Source of the DNA: Acidimicrobiales bacterium
Lineage (GTDB): Bacteria > Actinomycetota > Acidimicrobiia > Acidimicrobiales > SZUA-35
Reading direction: 5' to 3'
Assembly (NCBI GenBank): GCA_041394345.1
Contig: JAWKIN010000016.1
Location: 28,859-92,858 of the forward strand
DNA length: 64,000 bases
This document shows positions 33,651 through 43,551 of this stretch, one piece after another. The stretch's first letter is position 1. Every line of letters begins with the position of its first letter. A model generated the notes under the pieces. That model worked only from the letters and a program-made list of their open reading frames with translations. It did no database searches and had not been told where the DNA came from. The position numbers and the translations under genes are program-made.

Positions 33651-35487
33651 ACTGCGCCCAGCGGAAGAACCGCCCAGAACAGACAACCCTCGCCGACACC
33701 TTCGGAGTAGACGCCGCATGAGCCGCCAGCGAAGTCGACCAGTCGCCGGACGATATACAGTCCGAGTCCGGACGTCGATTCACCATCGGTGGGGTCACGG
33801 TCGAGCCGTTCAAACTTCTCAAATATTCGCGAGGTGTCTGCCGCGTCGATTCCGGGGCCGGTGTCGGCGACCGACAGAATGGCCCCGGCCGAATCACGCC
33901 TGAGCGAAATAGTGACCAAGTCGCCAGCCGAGCAGTACTTGACGGCGTTGGAGACCAGATTAGAAACAATGCTGGTTACCTCGGCGGCGCTAAGCACGTC
34001 GATGATGAGGTCGGGCTCCAGGTCGGATTCGATCGATATACGTTTCCGCTCGGCAACCGGCACGAGTTCGGCGATGGTTTCGGCCGCGAGCTCGGACAAG
34101 TTACAGGGACAACCAGTAGTGGCGTCTCGATCAGTTTCGATGTCGACGCTTTCGGCGAGCTGGCTGATGATCCGATTGAAGCGATTGACAATGCCCGGTA
34201 GTCGCTCGTCGTTTCGTCCGGGGGCAGTCGAGGCAAGGAGCAGTGAACTCAAACTGCCTCGGAGGTCGTTGGCAACCAACGACATGACCAGATCGTTCTC
34301 CTTTTGCAAGGCGACAAGTTCACTATTGCGTTCGGCAAGCTCGTCGTTCTGGTCGAGTAGTCGGTCGTTGTCGCCAACAAGTTCGACGGCGCGAACCAGA
34401 CCATTTCCCAGTCGGTTCGTGCGTTGTTGGAGTGCCACGAGCTGTTCCAGCAGCGACAGAGCCAGATTGGCGTTCCCATCCGCTTCATGCGCCGACGCCA
34501 ACAGCTCAAGCACGGTGATTCGCTCCGCTGGCCGCAGAAGCAGAAAGCTCGATGACCTCACCGAGGTGGCGGACCCGGTCGTGATCGCCCTGCGCCGCCG
34601 CAATCTGAACGAGCAACAACTGTTCTTCCATGGCTCGCCGCGTATCCTCCGGACTGGACGACCTCGGCAAGGGGCCGCAGGATCCGTTCTGCCGCTTCGA
34701 AGTCACCGACGACGTATCGCTCCCGCCCCCGGGCCGTTCGCAACCGCTTCGTGAGGTCGGGCGGCGAGCCGACCGCCTCAATGATGGCCGTGGCCCGCTG
34801 AATACAATCAGCGACGATGTCAACGCGGCCGGCGTTGGCTGCGATGCGGGATAGCTCCAGGATGTCGATGGCCTTGGTAAGTCGATTGTCGTGGTTAACC
34901 GCGATGACCTGTTGCATCATGACAATGGCCTCATCACTCGCACCGTGGGCATCGAGCACTAGGGCCAGGTTGAAATAGCCGTAGCCGAGGGCGTAGGACC
35001 CTGGCTCGCCCAGACGGATCGCTCGTATCGCCGTTTCGACACACTGCACCGCCTGCCCCTGTTGAAGTTGAAGCCAACTAAGTAGGGCCGTAGCGTCGGC
35101 TTCTCGACTGGCGTGACCGCTCGCCACGGCGGCCGCCAGGGCCAAACGGGCGTACCTTTCGCCTTCTTCAAAGCGACTGGCACTATCGGCGATAAATGCC
35201 TGGTTGTAGGGCATCCGCCACTTGGCCCATTCGGCCGGTTGGACGGCGTCGGGCCCATGGAGCAACTCCATAGCTTGCTCGGTGTATTCGATCGCCTTTT
35301 CGTCGCTTTCGAGGACCGTCGCCACCGATGCACACAGGACAAGAGCCTCGTAGCGGGCCGTAGGGTCGCCAAGTGCGGTCGCCCGCTTCAGCAAGTTGTG
35401 TCCCTCGTCAACTCGCTCAGCACGCTTATCAATTACGTGGGCAATGGCGGCACGAACCGACATTGCTGTATCTCCACCCGATGGCAC
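33647..35487 (-). CDS. Soluble histidine-kinase-like protein with TPR-like N-terminus; H-box His replaced by Asn (one frameshift near 34600)
   Basis: LVANDLRGSL, NLVSNAVKY, DTGPGI, IFEKF and GLGLYIV boxes. Confidence 0.85.
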
Positions 35488-35536
35488 CGAAGTAGACTAG
35501 CCGCTTGGCCAAACAGCAGTGGAAGCGCATGCTTTT

Positions 35537-36637
35537 TCACGGCCGAACGATGGCCTCGACGAATGCGTCGTAGTGGGGGCCGAGAACCGCCCAGTCAAAG
35601 TGATGGCGAAGGTCAGCTGCGATCTGAGCCGGCCACGTGGGGTTGTGATCGCCCGCCGCCGCTGCGAGCACCGCCGCGGCGAGCGCCGCTCCGAAGCTCT
35701 TGCCGTCATACAACAGTCTGGCGTTGAGTGGCCCGACGAGGCCGGGGTAGCTGAGGCGGTTTGGCAGCACCCCGACGCAACCCGCCGCGAGCGCCTCGAC
35801 GATGCCAACACCAAAGAACTCGTGATCGGCGCAGCTGACCACGATGTCACTCTGAAGCACCAACCGCCGGTAGGTCATCGGGTCGAACGGGCCGCACGCA
35901 ACTATGTTCGGGGCAAACTCGGCCTCGATTGCGTCTTTGACCGCAGACTCGTTGCCGTCTTCGCCGGCAAGCACGAGGCCAAACGCCGCCGTGGCCGTTC
36001 GTAGCTTCCGTAGCGCTCGCAGCAAGAGGTCGGGCCTCTTGTCCCAGTCCCATCGATGGGGCCACAGTATCCACGGCTCATCGTGTCGCGAATCGGCCTT
36101 GGTTGTCGTCCACGAGAGGTCAATCCCGACGCCTGCGACGACGGAGCGGTCAGCCAGCCGACCCGCCACGGCCTCGGCCACTGGACGAGTAAGCCCGGCC
36201 GGGCAGGCGGCCAGCGCGTCCATGACGGCGCCACGGTGAAACACTGAGTTGAAGACAACAAGATCAGCAACCATCCACGAATTGGCGTTGTGCATGGTCG
36301 CCTCGACATCAATCGTGCCCTCGGGATTGGGGTAGACGATCTGCGACTCGTGTTGGTAAATCACCCACGCCGGGTGGCCAAGCCGTTCGGACAGCAAGCC
36401 CTTCAGCACGGCGACGTCGATCAGACCGCTGACCAGAACGACCTCGGGGCTCCAGCCATCGCCGACTACCTCGAGAACACGCGGAGCAATCTCCAGTGCG
36501 CCCGCTCGCAGCCGCCACCGCCAGCGCTCGCCAGGTAAGGCTGCCAACCGGACGTCGTGCCTCGATACTGCTCGATAGCCCTCTGCCCACTGCTGGTGCG
36601 AGCCAGTGAACCAGGGCTCAACTAGCAGCAACTTCAC
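35537..36637 (-). CDS. DUF3524 + GT-B glycosyltransferase (GTDC1/QTMAN-like)
   Basis: EPWFTGSHQQW, WRWRLR, YQHESQIVYP, FNSVFH, WPHRWDWDKRP, HEFFGV and PNRLSYP match the DUF3524 family as I recall it. Confidence 0.85.
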   Translation of the reverse strand: MKLLLVEPWFTGSHQQWAEGYRAVSRHDVRLAALPGERWRWRLRAGALEIAPRVLEVVGDGWSPEVVLVSGLIDVAVLKGLLSERLGHPAWVIYQHESQIVYPNPEGTIDVEATMHNANSWMVADLVVFNSVFHRGAVMDALAACPAGLTRPVAEAVAGRLADRSVVAGVGIDLSWTTTKADSRHDEPWILWPHRWDWDKRPDLLLRALRKLRTATAAFGLVLAGEDGNESAVKDAIEAEFAPNIVACGPFDPMTYRRLVLQSDIVVSCADHEFFGVGIVEALAAGCVGVLPNRLSYPGLVGPLNARLLYDGKSFGAALAAAVLAAAAGDHNPTWPAQIAADLRHHFDWAVLGPHYDAFVEAIVRP

Positions 36638-37716
36638 GAGTCATCGGCGAGCCTGCGGCCAACCCGAGGAGAAATGCCACACACCACCTCGTAATTGATC
36701 GTGTCGAGCCATTCAGCCCAGCTGTCAGCGGTGATGGACTCACATCCCTGGCGTCCGATGAGCACGGCCTCGTCGCCGACTCGGACATCGTCGTCGCCGC
36801 AGTCAACGATCATCTGGTCCATCGTGACGACACCCAAGATGCGACGGCGGATGCCCCCAATCAGAACCGACCCCTCCTTCCAAAGCGAGCGGCGAACGCC
36901 GTCGGCATAGCCGATCGGGAGGGTCGCGACCGTCGTCGTCTTCTCGACCGCACCGCGGAGCCCATAGCTCAGGCGCTCTCCTGCGGCGAGCCGCTTGACG
37001 AACGACACGGTTGTCTCAAGCCGCATCGCTGGTCGGAGATCGAAGCCTCCCCGCTGCGCCGGACTTGGGGCCAGGCCGTACAGGCCGATGCCACAACGGA
37101 CCATGTCGTACCGAGCGTCCGGATGGAGAAGGCAGGCTGCGGTGTTGGCGGCATGGCGGAGGGGAACCTCGATGCCCGCCGCCGCGAGTGAGGCGAGCAC
37201 CGCATCGTAGCGAGCGAGCTGCACCCGATTGTGCGGATGGGTCGGCTCATCGGCGACGGCAAGGTGCGTCCAGACTGAGGCGGGCGAGGCGGAGCGTGCT
37301 AACCCCACCGCGTCACCGAGGGCACACCCCGAGCGGCGCATGCCGGTATCAACTTTGAGATGGACCCGAAGATGCAGGCGACGCGCTGACTCGATGGCGG
37401 CCGCGGTGTAGACCGTCGGTTCCAAATCGTAGGATGCGGCGGTGACGAACTCGGTCGCACCGGGCTCGCTCAGAACGATGATTGGCGCCGCGATACCCGC
37501 TTCACGAAGCACCACCCCCTCTTGCACCTGCGCAACACCAAGCCGGCTTGCACCTGCTTGGAGTGCTGCATTGGCGACGTCCACCGCCCCATGGCCATAG
37601 CCGTCGGCCTTTACTACGGCGCACAGGCTCGCTGGGCCAGCCGCCTCCGCAAGGAGCGCCGCATTGTGGCGGATCGCGGCAAGGTCGATGGTGGCCCACG
37701 CCCGTGGTCCAGTCAT
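36634..37716 (-). CDS. alr: Alanine racemase
   Basis: AVVKADGYGHG, HLKVDTGM, PIGYADG and TINYEVVC. Confidence 0.96.
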   Translation of the reverse strand: MTGPRAWATIDLAAIRHNAALLAEAAGPASLCAVVKADGYGHGAVDVANAALQAGASRLGVAQVQEGVVLREAGIAAPIIVLSEPGATEFVTAASYDLEPTVYTAAAIESARRLHLRVHLKVDTGMRRSGCALGDAVGLARSASPASVWTHLAVADEPTHPHNRVQLARYDAVLASLAAAGIEVPLRHAANTAACLLHPDARYDMVRCGIGLYGLAPSPAQRGGFDLRPAMRLETTVSFVKRLAAGERLSYGLRGAVEKTTTVATLPIGYADGVRRSLWKEGSVLIGGIRRRILGVVTMDQMIVDCGDDDVRVGDEAVLIGRQGCESITADSWAEWLDTINYEVVCGISPRVGRRLADDS

Positions 37717-39047
37717 CGGCCGCCCCCCTTCGGCGCTTGGGCGGCGAGATAGCCGGCCACGAACGAAGGGAGATCACTCGCCGTCACTCCCGCCCTCGGG
37801 GCTTGGTCGAGTGAGCGCCCGACGAGTTCGGTGGCGAGCCACGCGGCATCAAATGGTGGGATTCCTTGCGCGATCGCGGCACCAATGACACCGCTCAACA
37901 CGTCGCCACTTCCCGCCGTTGCGAGTCGCTGGTCACCCGCACACGAATACACAACCTCGCCCGCTGGAGAAGCAGCGATGGTCACTGGTCCTTTCAACAG
38001 CACAATAGCCTCCGCCTGTGCGGCCAATGCTCGGGCCGCGCTGGTGCGATCGTAGCCTGGATCTCGACCCATGAGTTGGCGATACTCGCCATCATGAGGA
38101 GTCATCACGATCGGATGGGTGCTAGCTGCTACCTCGTCGAGGCGTGAAGCAATCGCGCTCAAACCGCCAGCGTCGAGCACGATCGGCTGACTTCCCCCAT
38201 CAGCCAGGATCGAGGAAACCAACGTCGCCGCTTGGGGCGATACCGGGAGCCCCGGACCCACAACAAGACACCGAAGGCGTTTGTCGATCGGGGCCTCGGC
38301 GTCGACCGTCACCGATTCGATTGGGCCGTTCAGATCGGGAGCTCCTGGCACCGCAAACTGCACATAGCTGGCGCCCGCGCGGGCGGCACCATGCGCAGCC
38401 AGGGTCGGCGCACCCGGGCCCCGCCGATGGCCACCGACGACTCGGATGGCGCTCTGCCATTTGTGATGATCGGTTGGCCGAGAGGGCCAGCGGAGCAAAT
38501 CGGACGCCTGCGCCAGGGCAGCCGACGAGTGAGGGAGTTCGAGGCCAAGGTCACAAACAACAAGATCGCCACCGACGGCGCCAGCCAGCAAGTTGCCTGG
38601 CTTAGGGGCAGCGAAGCAGAGAGTGGCCACCGCGGTCATGGCCCGCCCGCGGATCTCACCCGTGAGCCCATCAACGCCACTCGGGATATCGACCGCCAGC
38701 ACGGGCACGGTGCCAACATCAGGCGCAACGAACTCGCCATGAAAGCCCGTCCCGTAGCAGGCATCAATGACGAGATCGAAGGCCCGACCAGTCGGTAAGC
38801 GATCGGTCGGGCCCAGTAGCTCGCAACGAACGCCCCATCGGGTCAACAGCGCAGCACCGACGCGGCCATCGGCACCGTTGTTTCCCTTGCCAGCAAAGAC
38901 AGCGACCCGCTTGCCGTAGGTGCCACCGAGAAGTCGCCGAGCACAATCGGCGACGGCCCAACCGGCTCGCCCGATGAGCACCTCGATCGGTTCGGCGGCA
39001 GCCGCATCGACGGCGCGCATCTCCTCCGGCGACAGGACGGGAATCAT
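37713..39047 (-). CDS. nnr: Bifunctional NAD(P)H-hydrate epimerase/dehydratase
   Basis: GKGNNGADG, AVDIPSG, TPHDGE and LATAGSGDVL. Confidence 0.93.
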   Translation of the reverse strand: MIPVLSPEEMRAVDAAAAEPIEVLIGRAGWAVADCARRLLGGTYGKRVAVFAGKGNNGADGRVGAALLTRWGVRCELLGPTDRLPTGRAFDLVIDACYGTGFHGEFVAPDVGTVPVLAVDIPSGVDGLTGEIRGRAMTAVATLCFAAPKPGNLLAGAVGGDLVVCDLGLELPHSSAALAQASDLLRWPSRPTDHHKWQSAIRVVGGHRRGPGAPTLAAHGAARAGASYVQFAVPGAPDLNGPIESVTVDAEAPIDKRLRCLVVGPGLPVSPQAATLVSSILADGGSQPIVLDAGGLSAIASRLDEVAASTHPIVMTPHDGEYRQLMGRDPGYDRTSAARALAAQAEAIVLLKGPVTIAASPAGEVVYSCAGDQRLATAGSGDVLSGVIGAAIAQGIPPFDAAWLATELVGRSLDQAPRAGVTASDLPSFVAGYLAAQAPKGGGR

Positions 39048-39637
39048 CAGTCGTGGCCAATCAAGCGGTCAAGTACATGACCGAGCGTCTCCTTGCCCAG
39101 GTGGACGCCGGCAACAAACGTGAGGCCGGTCAGTACGGGCTCGCTCTTGAGCCAGCCAACGACTTGGCCCCGCTTGTCCGGCACGGCAGTCCACTCGGGC
39201 GAATCGATGCCCCGCAGGGCGAGATCCGCAATATGTGCCGCCTGCGCCTCATCGAGATCGCGGAGCCAGTAGTCGAGCCAATGCGAGAGCGGCATCGGCA
39301 AGCGGGCCAGCGACGCCAACACGGTGGAGGGCGACGGATCGGACGGGTAAAGGCCAAGCGACGCCTGCCACCACAAGGTGAGGACCGAGAACACCGATGC
39401 CCGCTGGTCGCCCGAGAACTGAGGCCAGACGGACGCCAGCCGGTCGAAGATCTCGACGGGCGACACGCCTGCCAATTGATTGTTGACCGTCAGGTCACAA
39501 AGTCGCGGGACACAGGCCATGAGCTCGCCAGCGTCGGCGCGAGCCAATACGGCGTCGAGGGGCAACTGGTGAAGCAGCTTGGACTGCACGTCGAATGCTG
39601 TCGCGATAGCAGCGAGGGGGGTGCGATACAGGTCCAC
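39047..39637 (-). CDS. Hypothetical protein (196 aa, Trp/Leu-rich)
   Basis: Fills the gap between acpS and nnr on the same strand; TGATG stop/start overlap with nnr. Confidence 0.65.
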   Translation of the reverse strand: MDLYRTPLAAIATAFDVQSKLLHQLPLDAVLARADAGELMACVPRLCDLTVNNQLAGVSPVEIFDRLASVWPQFSGDQRASVFSVLTLWWQASLGLYPSDPSPSTVLASLARLPMPLSHWLDYWLRDLDEAQAAHIADLALRGIDSPEWTAVPDKRGQVVGWLKSEPVLTGLTFVAGVHLGKETLGHVLDRLIGHD

Positions 39638-39649
39638 CGCACCAGTGTG

Positions 39650-40040
39650 TCAGAGTCGGTGGCCAAACCGGCCACCACGGCACCAGCAGTGAGATCGCTG
39701 TGGGTCAAGGTGATGAGCCATGAGGCAATGCCCAGCTCAGCTGCGAGCACCGCACCCTTGCCGGTGACGGCCAGGGTTGGCGCCCCTGAGGCAAGTCGGT
39801 CGACCTCGATGTCGCGGAAATTGGCCCCACCGAGTCCAACCCCCAACGCCTTGAGGACGGCTTCTTTGGCCGCGAACCGGGCGGCAAACCGCTCAGCCGG
39901 ATCGGCCGCTCGATTGGCGTACTCCTGCTCACGATCAGTGAAGACCCGCGCGACGAAGCCAGGCTGTCGGGCGACGAGCCGCCGCATACGGTCAATCTCG
40001 ACAAGATCGATCCCGAGTGCGACAACGCGCCGGCCAACGA
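39650..40040 (-). CDS. acpS: Holo-ACP synthase (boundaries approximate)
   Basis: LGIDLVEIDR, FTDRE, AARFAAKEAVLKALG and ITLTHS. Confidence 0.92.
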
Positions 40041-40046
40041 CGTCCG

Positions 40047-43000
40047 CTACGAAATCCAGCGGGCCGCTACTTCAGATATAGGCGCCGTCAGCAGGTCGAC
40101 GGTCGGCACGTCAGCCAAGAGGTCTTCACGGAAGACTTCTTCGCGTTCGGTGACCACGTCGACCAGTTGGGCGTAACGATTGCGATACCCCTGCAGCACC
40201 GAGCGAGTGGTGGCGACCCCAAGATCGTCAACGAGTCGGAGATGGCACAGCGTGAGACCAGTGGCCTCTCCGTCCTTCACCTCGGGGATAATCAGTACGG
40301 TCCGCCCATCCGAGCCAACCGTGACCATCGGCAGCTTTTCGACTGCGACACGGCGCTTCGTGCCACGAAGTCGCGGATCACGTTCGACCCTGGACGACAG
40401 CTGGGTGGCCAACCCGCCACGATCGACAATGTGCAGCTGCCCCTGCTCCTGCGGCGAGCCGTCGAGGCCGTAGCGGGTGTAGCCGACAACTTCGTCGATT
40501 GCGGGGCTGATGGCGGCAAGTGTGCGGAGGCTCTTGTAGCTGAGTCGGTCACGAGGGCACCCGAGGGTGAGGACCGTCTGGATGAGGTCAGATTGAAGCA
40601 GGCTCTCGTCGGCCCGAGAAATGCCGACGGTAACGGTCTTCGCCTGATGCTTGATGGCATCGACCGGACGAGTGAGCTCCTCGATGGCACTCGTGAGTGC
40701 CGCGGCCAGATCTTCGACGATCACACCGGGGGTGCCGACCTTGCCGAACTCGATCTGATACGACTCGAACGAGACCCAACCACAGGCGAACCGCAGCAAC
40801 GCAGCCAGTCGGGTGGCCGTCGATGCTTCGAGGTGGCCGTTATAGGTTCCCGCACGCAAGGTGTCGAAGAAGCGCTCGGCATGCGGGGAGATCTCCGCCC
40901 CGAAGGCGGTGAACCAGTCGTCGCCGCTGGCGGCCACATAGTGCTCGATTGCCCCACGGGCGAGGCGAAGCGGGTTGGCCGACGCGTCGATCGCAAGAGC
41001 AGCTTCGTAGCCGAAGAGGTGGCCAACCACCGTCGACAGGACAAACGCAAGTTGTGGATGAACGTCGGGAACGCCGATGACATCAAGGGCAGCATTGAAG
41101 CGGTTTTCGCCTTCGGTCGCGATGACGATCGGTGCCGCTTTGTGAGCCCGGAAGATGGCGACTTCCTTGGCGACGTCGTCGGCATTCGATCCCGTGAGAC
41201 CAGCGGCACAAACCAGAATCAGCGGCTCAGACGAGAGGTCGATGTGCTTTTTGTCTTCGGTGACATCGCACGCAATCGACTTGTAGCAAAGCTCCGAGAG
41301 CTTGATCCGAACCTCGCGGGCGGCGACGAGGTTGGCGCCGTTACCGACCATGGCCCAGTACCGACGGCTTGGCGCGTGACGACCGGCGGCCGCCGCGATC
41401 TCGCTTCGCTTACCGAGTGTCGCAATCATCGCTTCCGGTAGATCGCGTAGCGAACGGAGCAACGCTTGCGTGTCGTCTTCGTTGGTGCCAGCGTTTGGCA
41501 TCAATCCAGCAACACCGGTGGCCAAAAGGAAGCCTGCCGCGATTTGGGCGTAGAACGCCTTCGTCGACGCGACCGACATCTCAACGTCGCGCCCATCGGA
41601 GGTGAAGAGCACGCCATCAGACTTGTCAACGAGGTCGCTCCCCCGCCGGTTCACGATGGCCAGGACGACCGCACCGCGCGAGCGGGCGAGGTCGATGGTT
41701 CGGTTGGTGTCGGTGGTAGTGCCCGATTGGCTGATGGCAACGATCAGCGTGTCGGACATGTCGTCGCGGAGATTGAAGCCAGACAACTCCGTGGCCGTGA
41801 TGGCCCGAACGGTGGTCGATGACTCACCCAGTGCCCACTCAAAGGCGGCAGCGACGGCTTGACCCGCCACGGCCGCAGTGCCCTGGCCGATGACGTCGAT
41901 CTTGGTGAACGTGCCAGCTTCGATTCGGGCCCGAACACTCGGAGACAGCGTTTCAGCCGGCAGGCGCACGCTAAGACGCCCGTCTTCGTCATGGAGACGA
42001 CCACGAAGCGTCTTGCGGAACGAGTTTGGTGACTCGCTTATCTCCTTGAGCAAGAAGTGGGGGGCGTCACCGCGATCGATATCACGAGTGGTGACCGCCG
42101 GTGGCTTCCACTCGGGAGCTTCGATGGGTAGCGGGGTGCCGTCGTACGCGAATCGCTTCGCGCCAGCCGGATCGCCGGCGAGGGCGCCAGAAAGTCGAAC
42201 AATCTGCCCCTGGCTCGCGGTGACGTTGTCGGGATCGGCCGCCGACTCGCCGTCCATGCGGACGTAGCTAACGGCATCTTCGACGACGCCGTACGGTTCG
42301 CTCGCCACGACGAAGCAGTCTTCGGAGAGCCCGACAAACACGCCCTGGCCGCTGCCTCGAAGCGCAAGATGCAGGTCGGCGGGTGAAGCGGACGTACTGA
42401 GGCCGATGGCAACGGACCCCTCGAATTGTGCCACGGTCCGTCGGACAGCCTCGTCGAGGTCGTGACCCTCAGCGAGCGCCCGGCTGGTCATGGACGGAAT
42501 CACCTTGGCGTCGGTGGTGATCTCACCGGCGATGGCCAGCTTGTCGGCCACGATGAGATCGGCGAAGTTATCAACGTCACCGTTGAGGGTTGCGGTCACG
42601 TAAGGACCGGGTGCTGCGCCGACCTCGTCGGAGTTGACCGGGTGGGCATTTGGCTCGCTGATGATGCCGACGGAGGCCCATCGAGTGTGCCCCAGCACAG
42701 TGAGCTCTGCCGTTTCGGCGGCCAGCGCCAACTTCAGAAGCGAGTCGTTGGCTATCTCGGTCCGCATCGCCGCGGTGTTGTCACCAAGCTCGCCGATCTC
42801 GGCAGCGGCCTTGTAGACAAAGCTCAGGTGGCCGTCGGCCACACGGACCGACTGGCTCTGGAAGAGCCCGTCGGCGCAGCGCAGCGCCAACTGTTCTTTG
42901 ATCGTTGGGCTCTCGAGATCAAGGTTGTGGCCTCGGACAAGCAGGTGGACGCCAGCTGAGTCGCGACCACGCACTTCCAGACGATCGAGATTGCTGAGCG

Positions 43001-43466
43001 CTTGCTGAACACTCAAGAAGCCAGCAATAGCGGCCCCCGACGGATCGTCACCAGCGAGTGCCAGCACGGCAAGGGCCGTACGGATGCGATCGCGCTCGAT
43101 GGCCCACAGTGCATCTTTGGCGACCACCATGGCAGCGTTGACCGATTCGAGGTCGTCGAGCTCGTCGCCATGGACATCGAGGAACCCTTCGACGCCGGCA
43201 ACCGCCTCAGCGATTGGCCTCAGCCGGGCGCTGATCTCGCTCGCCAAGCTGGCATCGGCCGCGAAGGCCAAGACACCGGCTTCGCCTCGAAGTTCGATAT
43301 CGACCGCGCCCAGCGTCGACCCAATCGCTTGAAGCGTCGCGGCGAGGTCCGATGAGCGTGGATCGAGGACGAGCGCGCCAGCTGCGTCGATTGCGCCGAG
43401 GATGTCGGCCGCCGCGGGAGTTGACCGTGTGGTCCGCTTGCGAACAATTCCAATAATGCCACACAT
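40047..43466 (-). CDS. glmS: Enlarged glutamine--fructose-6-phosphate aminotransferase (1139 aa)
   Basis: MCGIIG N-terminal Cys, RGRDSAG, GHTRWA, NAHP, SQSGTT, VASTKAF and AKTVTVG; directly downstream of glmM. Confidence 0.88.
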   Translation of the reverse strand: MCGIIGIVRKRTTRSTPAAADILGAIDAAGALVLDPRSSDLAATLQAIGSTLGAVDIELRGEAGVLAFAADASLASEISARLRPIAEAVAGVEGFLDVHGDELDDLESVNAAMVVAKDALWAIERDRIRTALAVLALAGDDPSGAAIAGFLSVQQALSNLDRLEVRGRDSAGVHLLVRGHNLDLESPTIKEQLALRCADGLFQSQSVRVADGHLSFVYKAAAEIGELGDNTAAMRTEIANDSLLKLALAAETAELTVLGHTRWASVGIISEPNAHPVNSDEVGAAPGPYVTATLNGDVDNFADLIVADKLAIAGEITTDAKVIPSMTSRALAEGHDLDEAVRRTVAQFEGSVAIGLSTSASPADLHLALRGSGQGVFVGLSEDCFVVASEPYGVVEDAVSYVRMDGESAADPDNVTASQGQIVRLSGALAGDPAGAKRFAYDGTPLPIEAPEWKPPAVTTRDIDRGDAPHFLLKEISESPNSFRKTLRGRLHDEDGRLSVRLPAETLSPSVRARIEAGTFTKIDVIGQGTAAVAGQAVAAAFEWALGESSTTVRAITATELSGFNLRDDMSDTLIVAISQSGTTTDTNRTIDLARSRGAVVLAIVNRRGSDLVDKSDGVLFTSDGRDVEMSVASTKAFYAQIAAGFLLATGVAGLMPNAGTNEDDTQALLRSLRDLPEAMIATLGKRSEIAAAAGRHAPSRRYWAMVGNGANLVAAREVRIKLSELCYKSIACDVTEDKKHIDLSSEPLILVCAAGLTGSNADDVAKEVAIFRAHKAAPIVIATEGENRFNAALDVIGVPDVHPQLAFVLSTVVGHLFGYEAALAIDASANPLRLARGAIEHYVAASGDDWFTAFGAEISPHAERFFDTLRAGTYNGHLEASTATRLAALLRFACGWVSFESYQIEFGKVGTPGVIVEDLAAALTSAIEELTRPVDAIKHQAKTVTVGISRADESLLQSDLIQTVLTLGCPRDRLSYKSLRTLAAISPAIDEVVGYTRYGLDGSPQEQGQLHIVDRGGLATQLSSRVERDPRLRGTKRRVAVEKLPMVTVGSDGRTVLIIPEVKDGEATGLTLCHLRLVDDLGVATTRSVLQGYRNRYAQLVDVVTEREEVFREDLLADVPTVDLLTAPISEVAARWIS

Positions 43467-43551
43467 GAGTTACGAGCTCCTACGCGTTTGTGGTTCGTAC
43501 GCCTATCGGCATCAAACCCGAGTCCCTGAGCGGTCATTCCGCACAGAGGAC

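Noticed and set aside
43467..43551. glmS ribozyme upstream of glmS
   Set aside because: The gap is only about 85 nt with one hairpin, and I see no match to the ribozyme core sequence.
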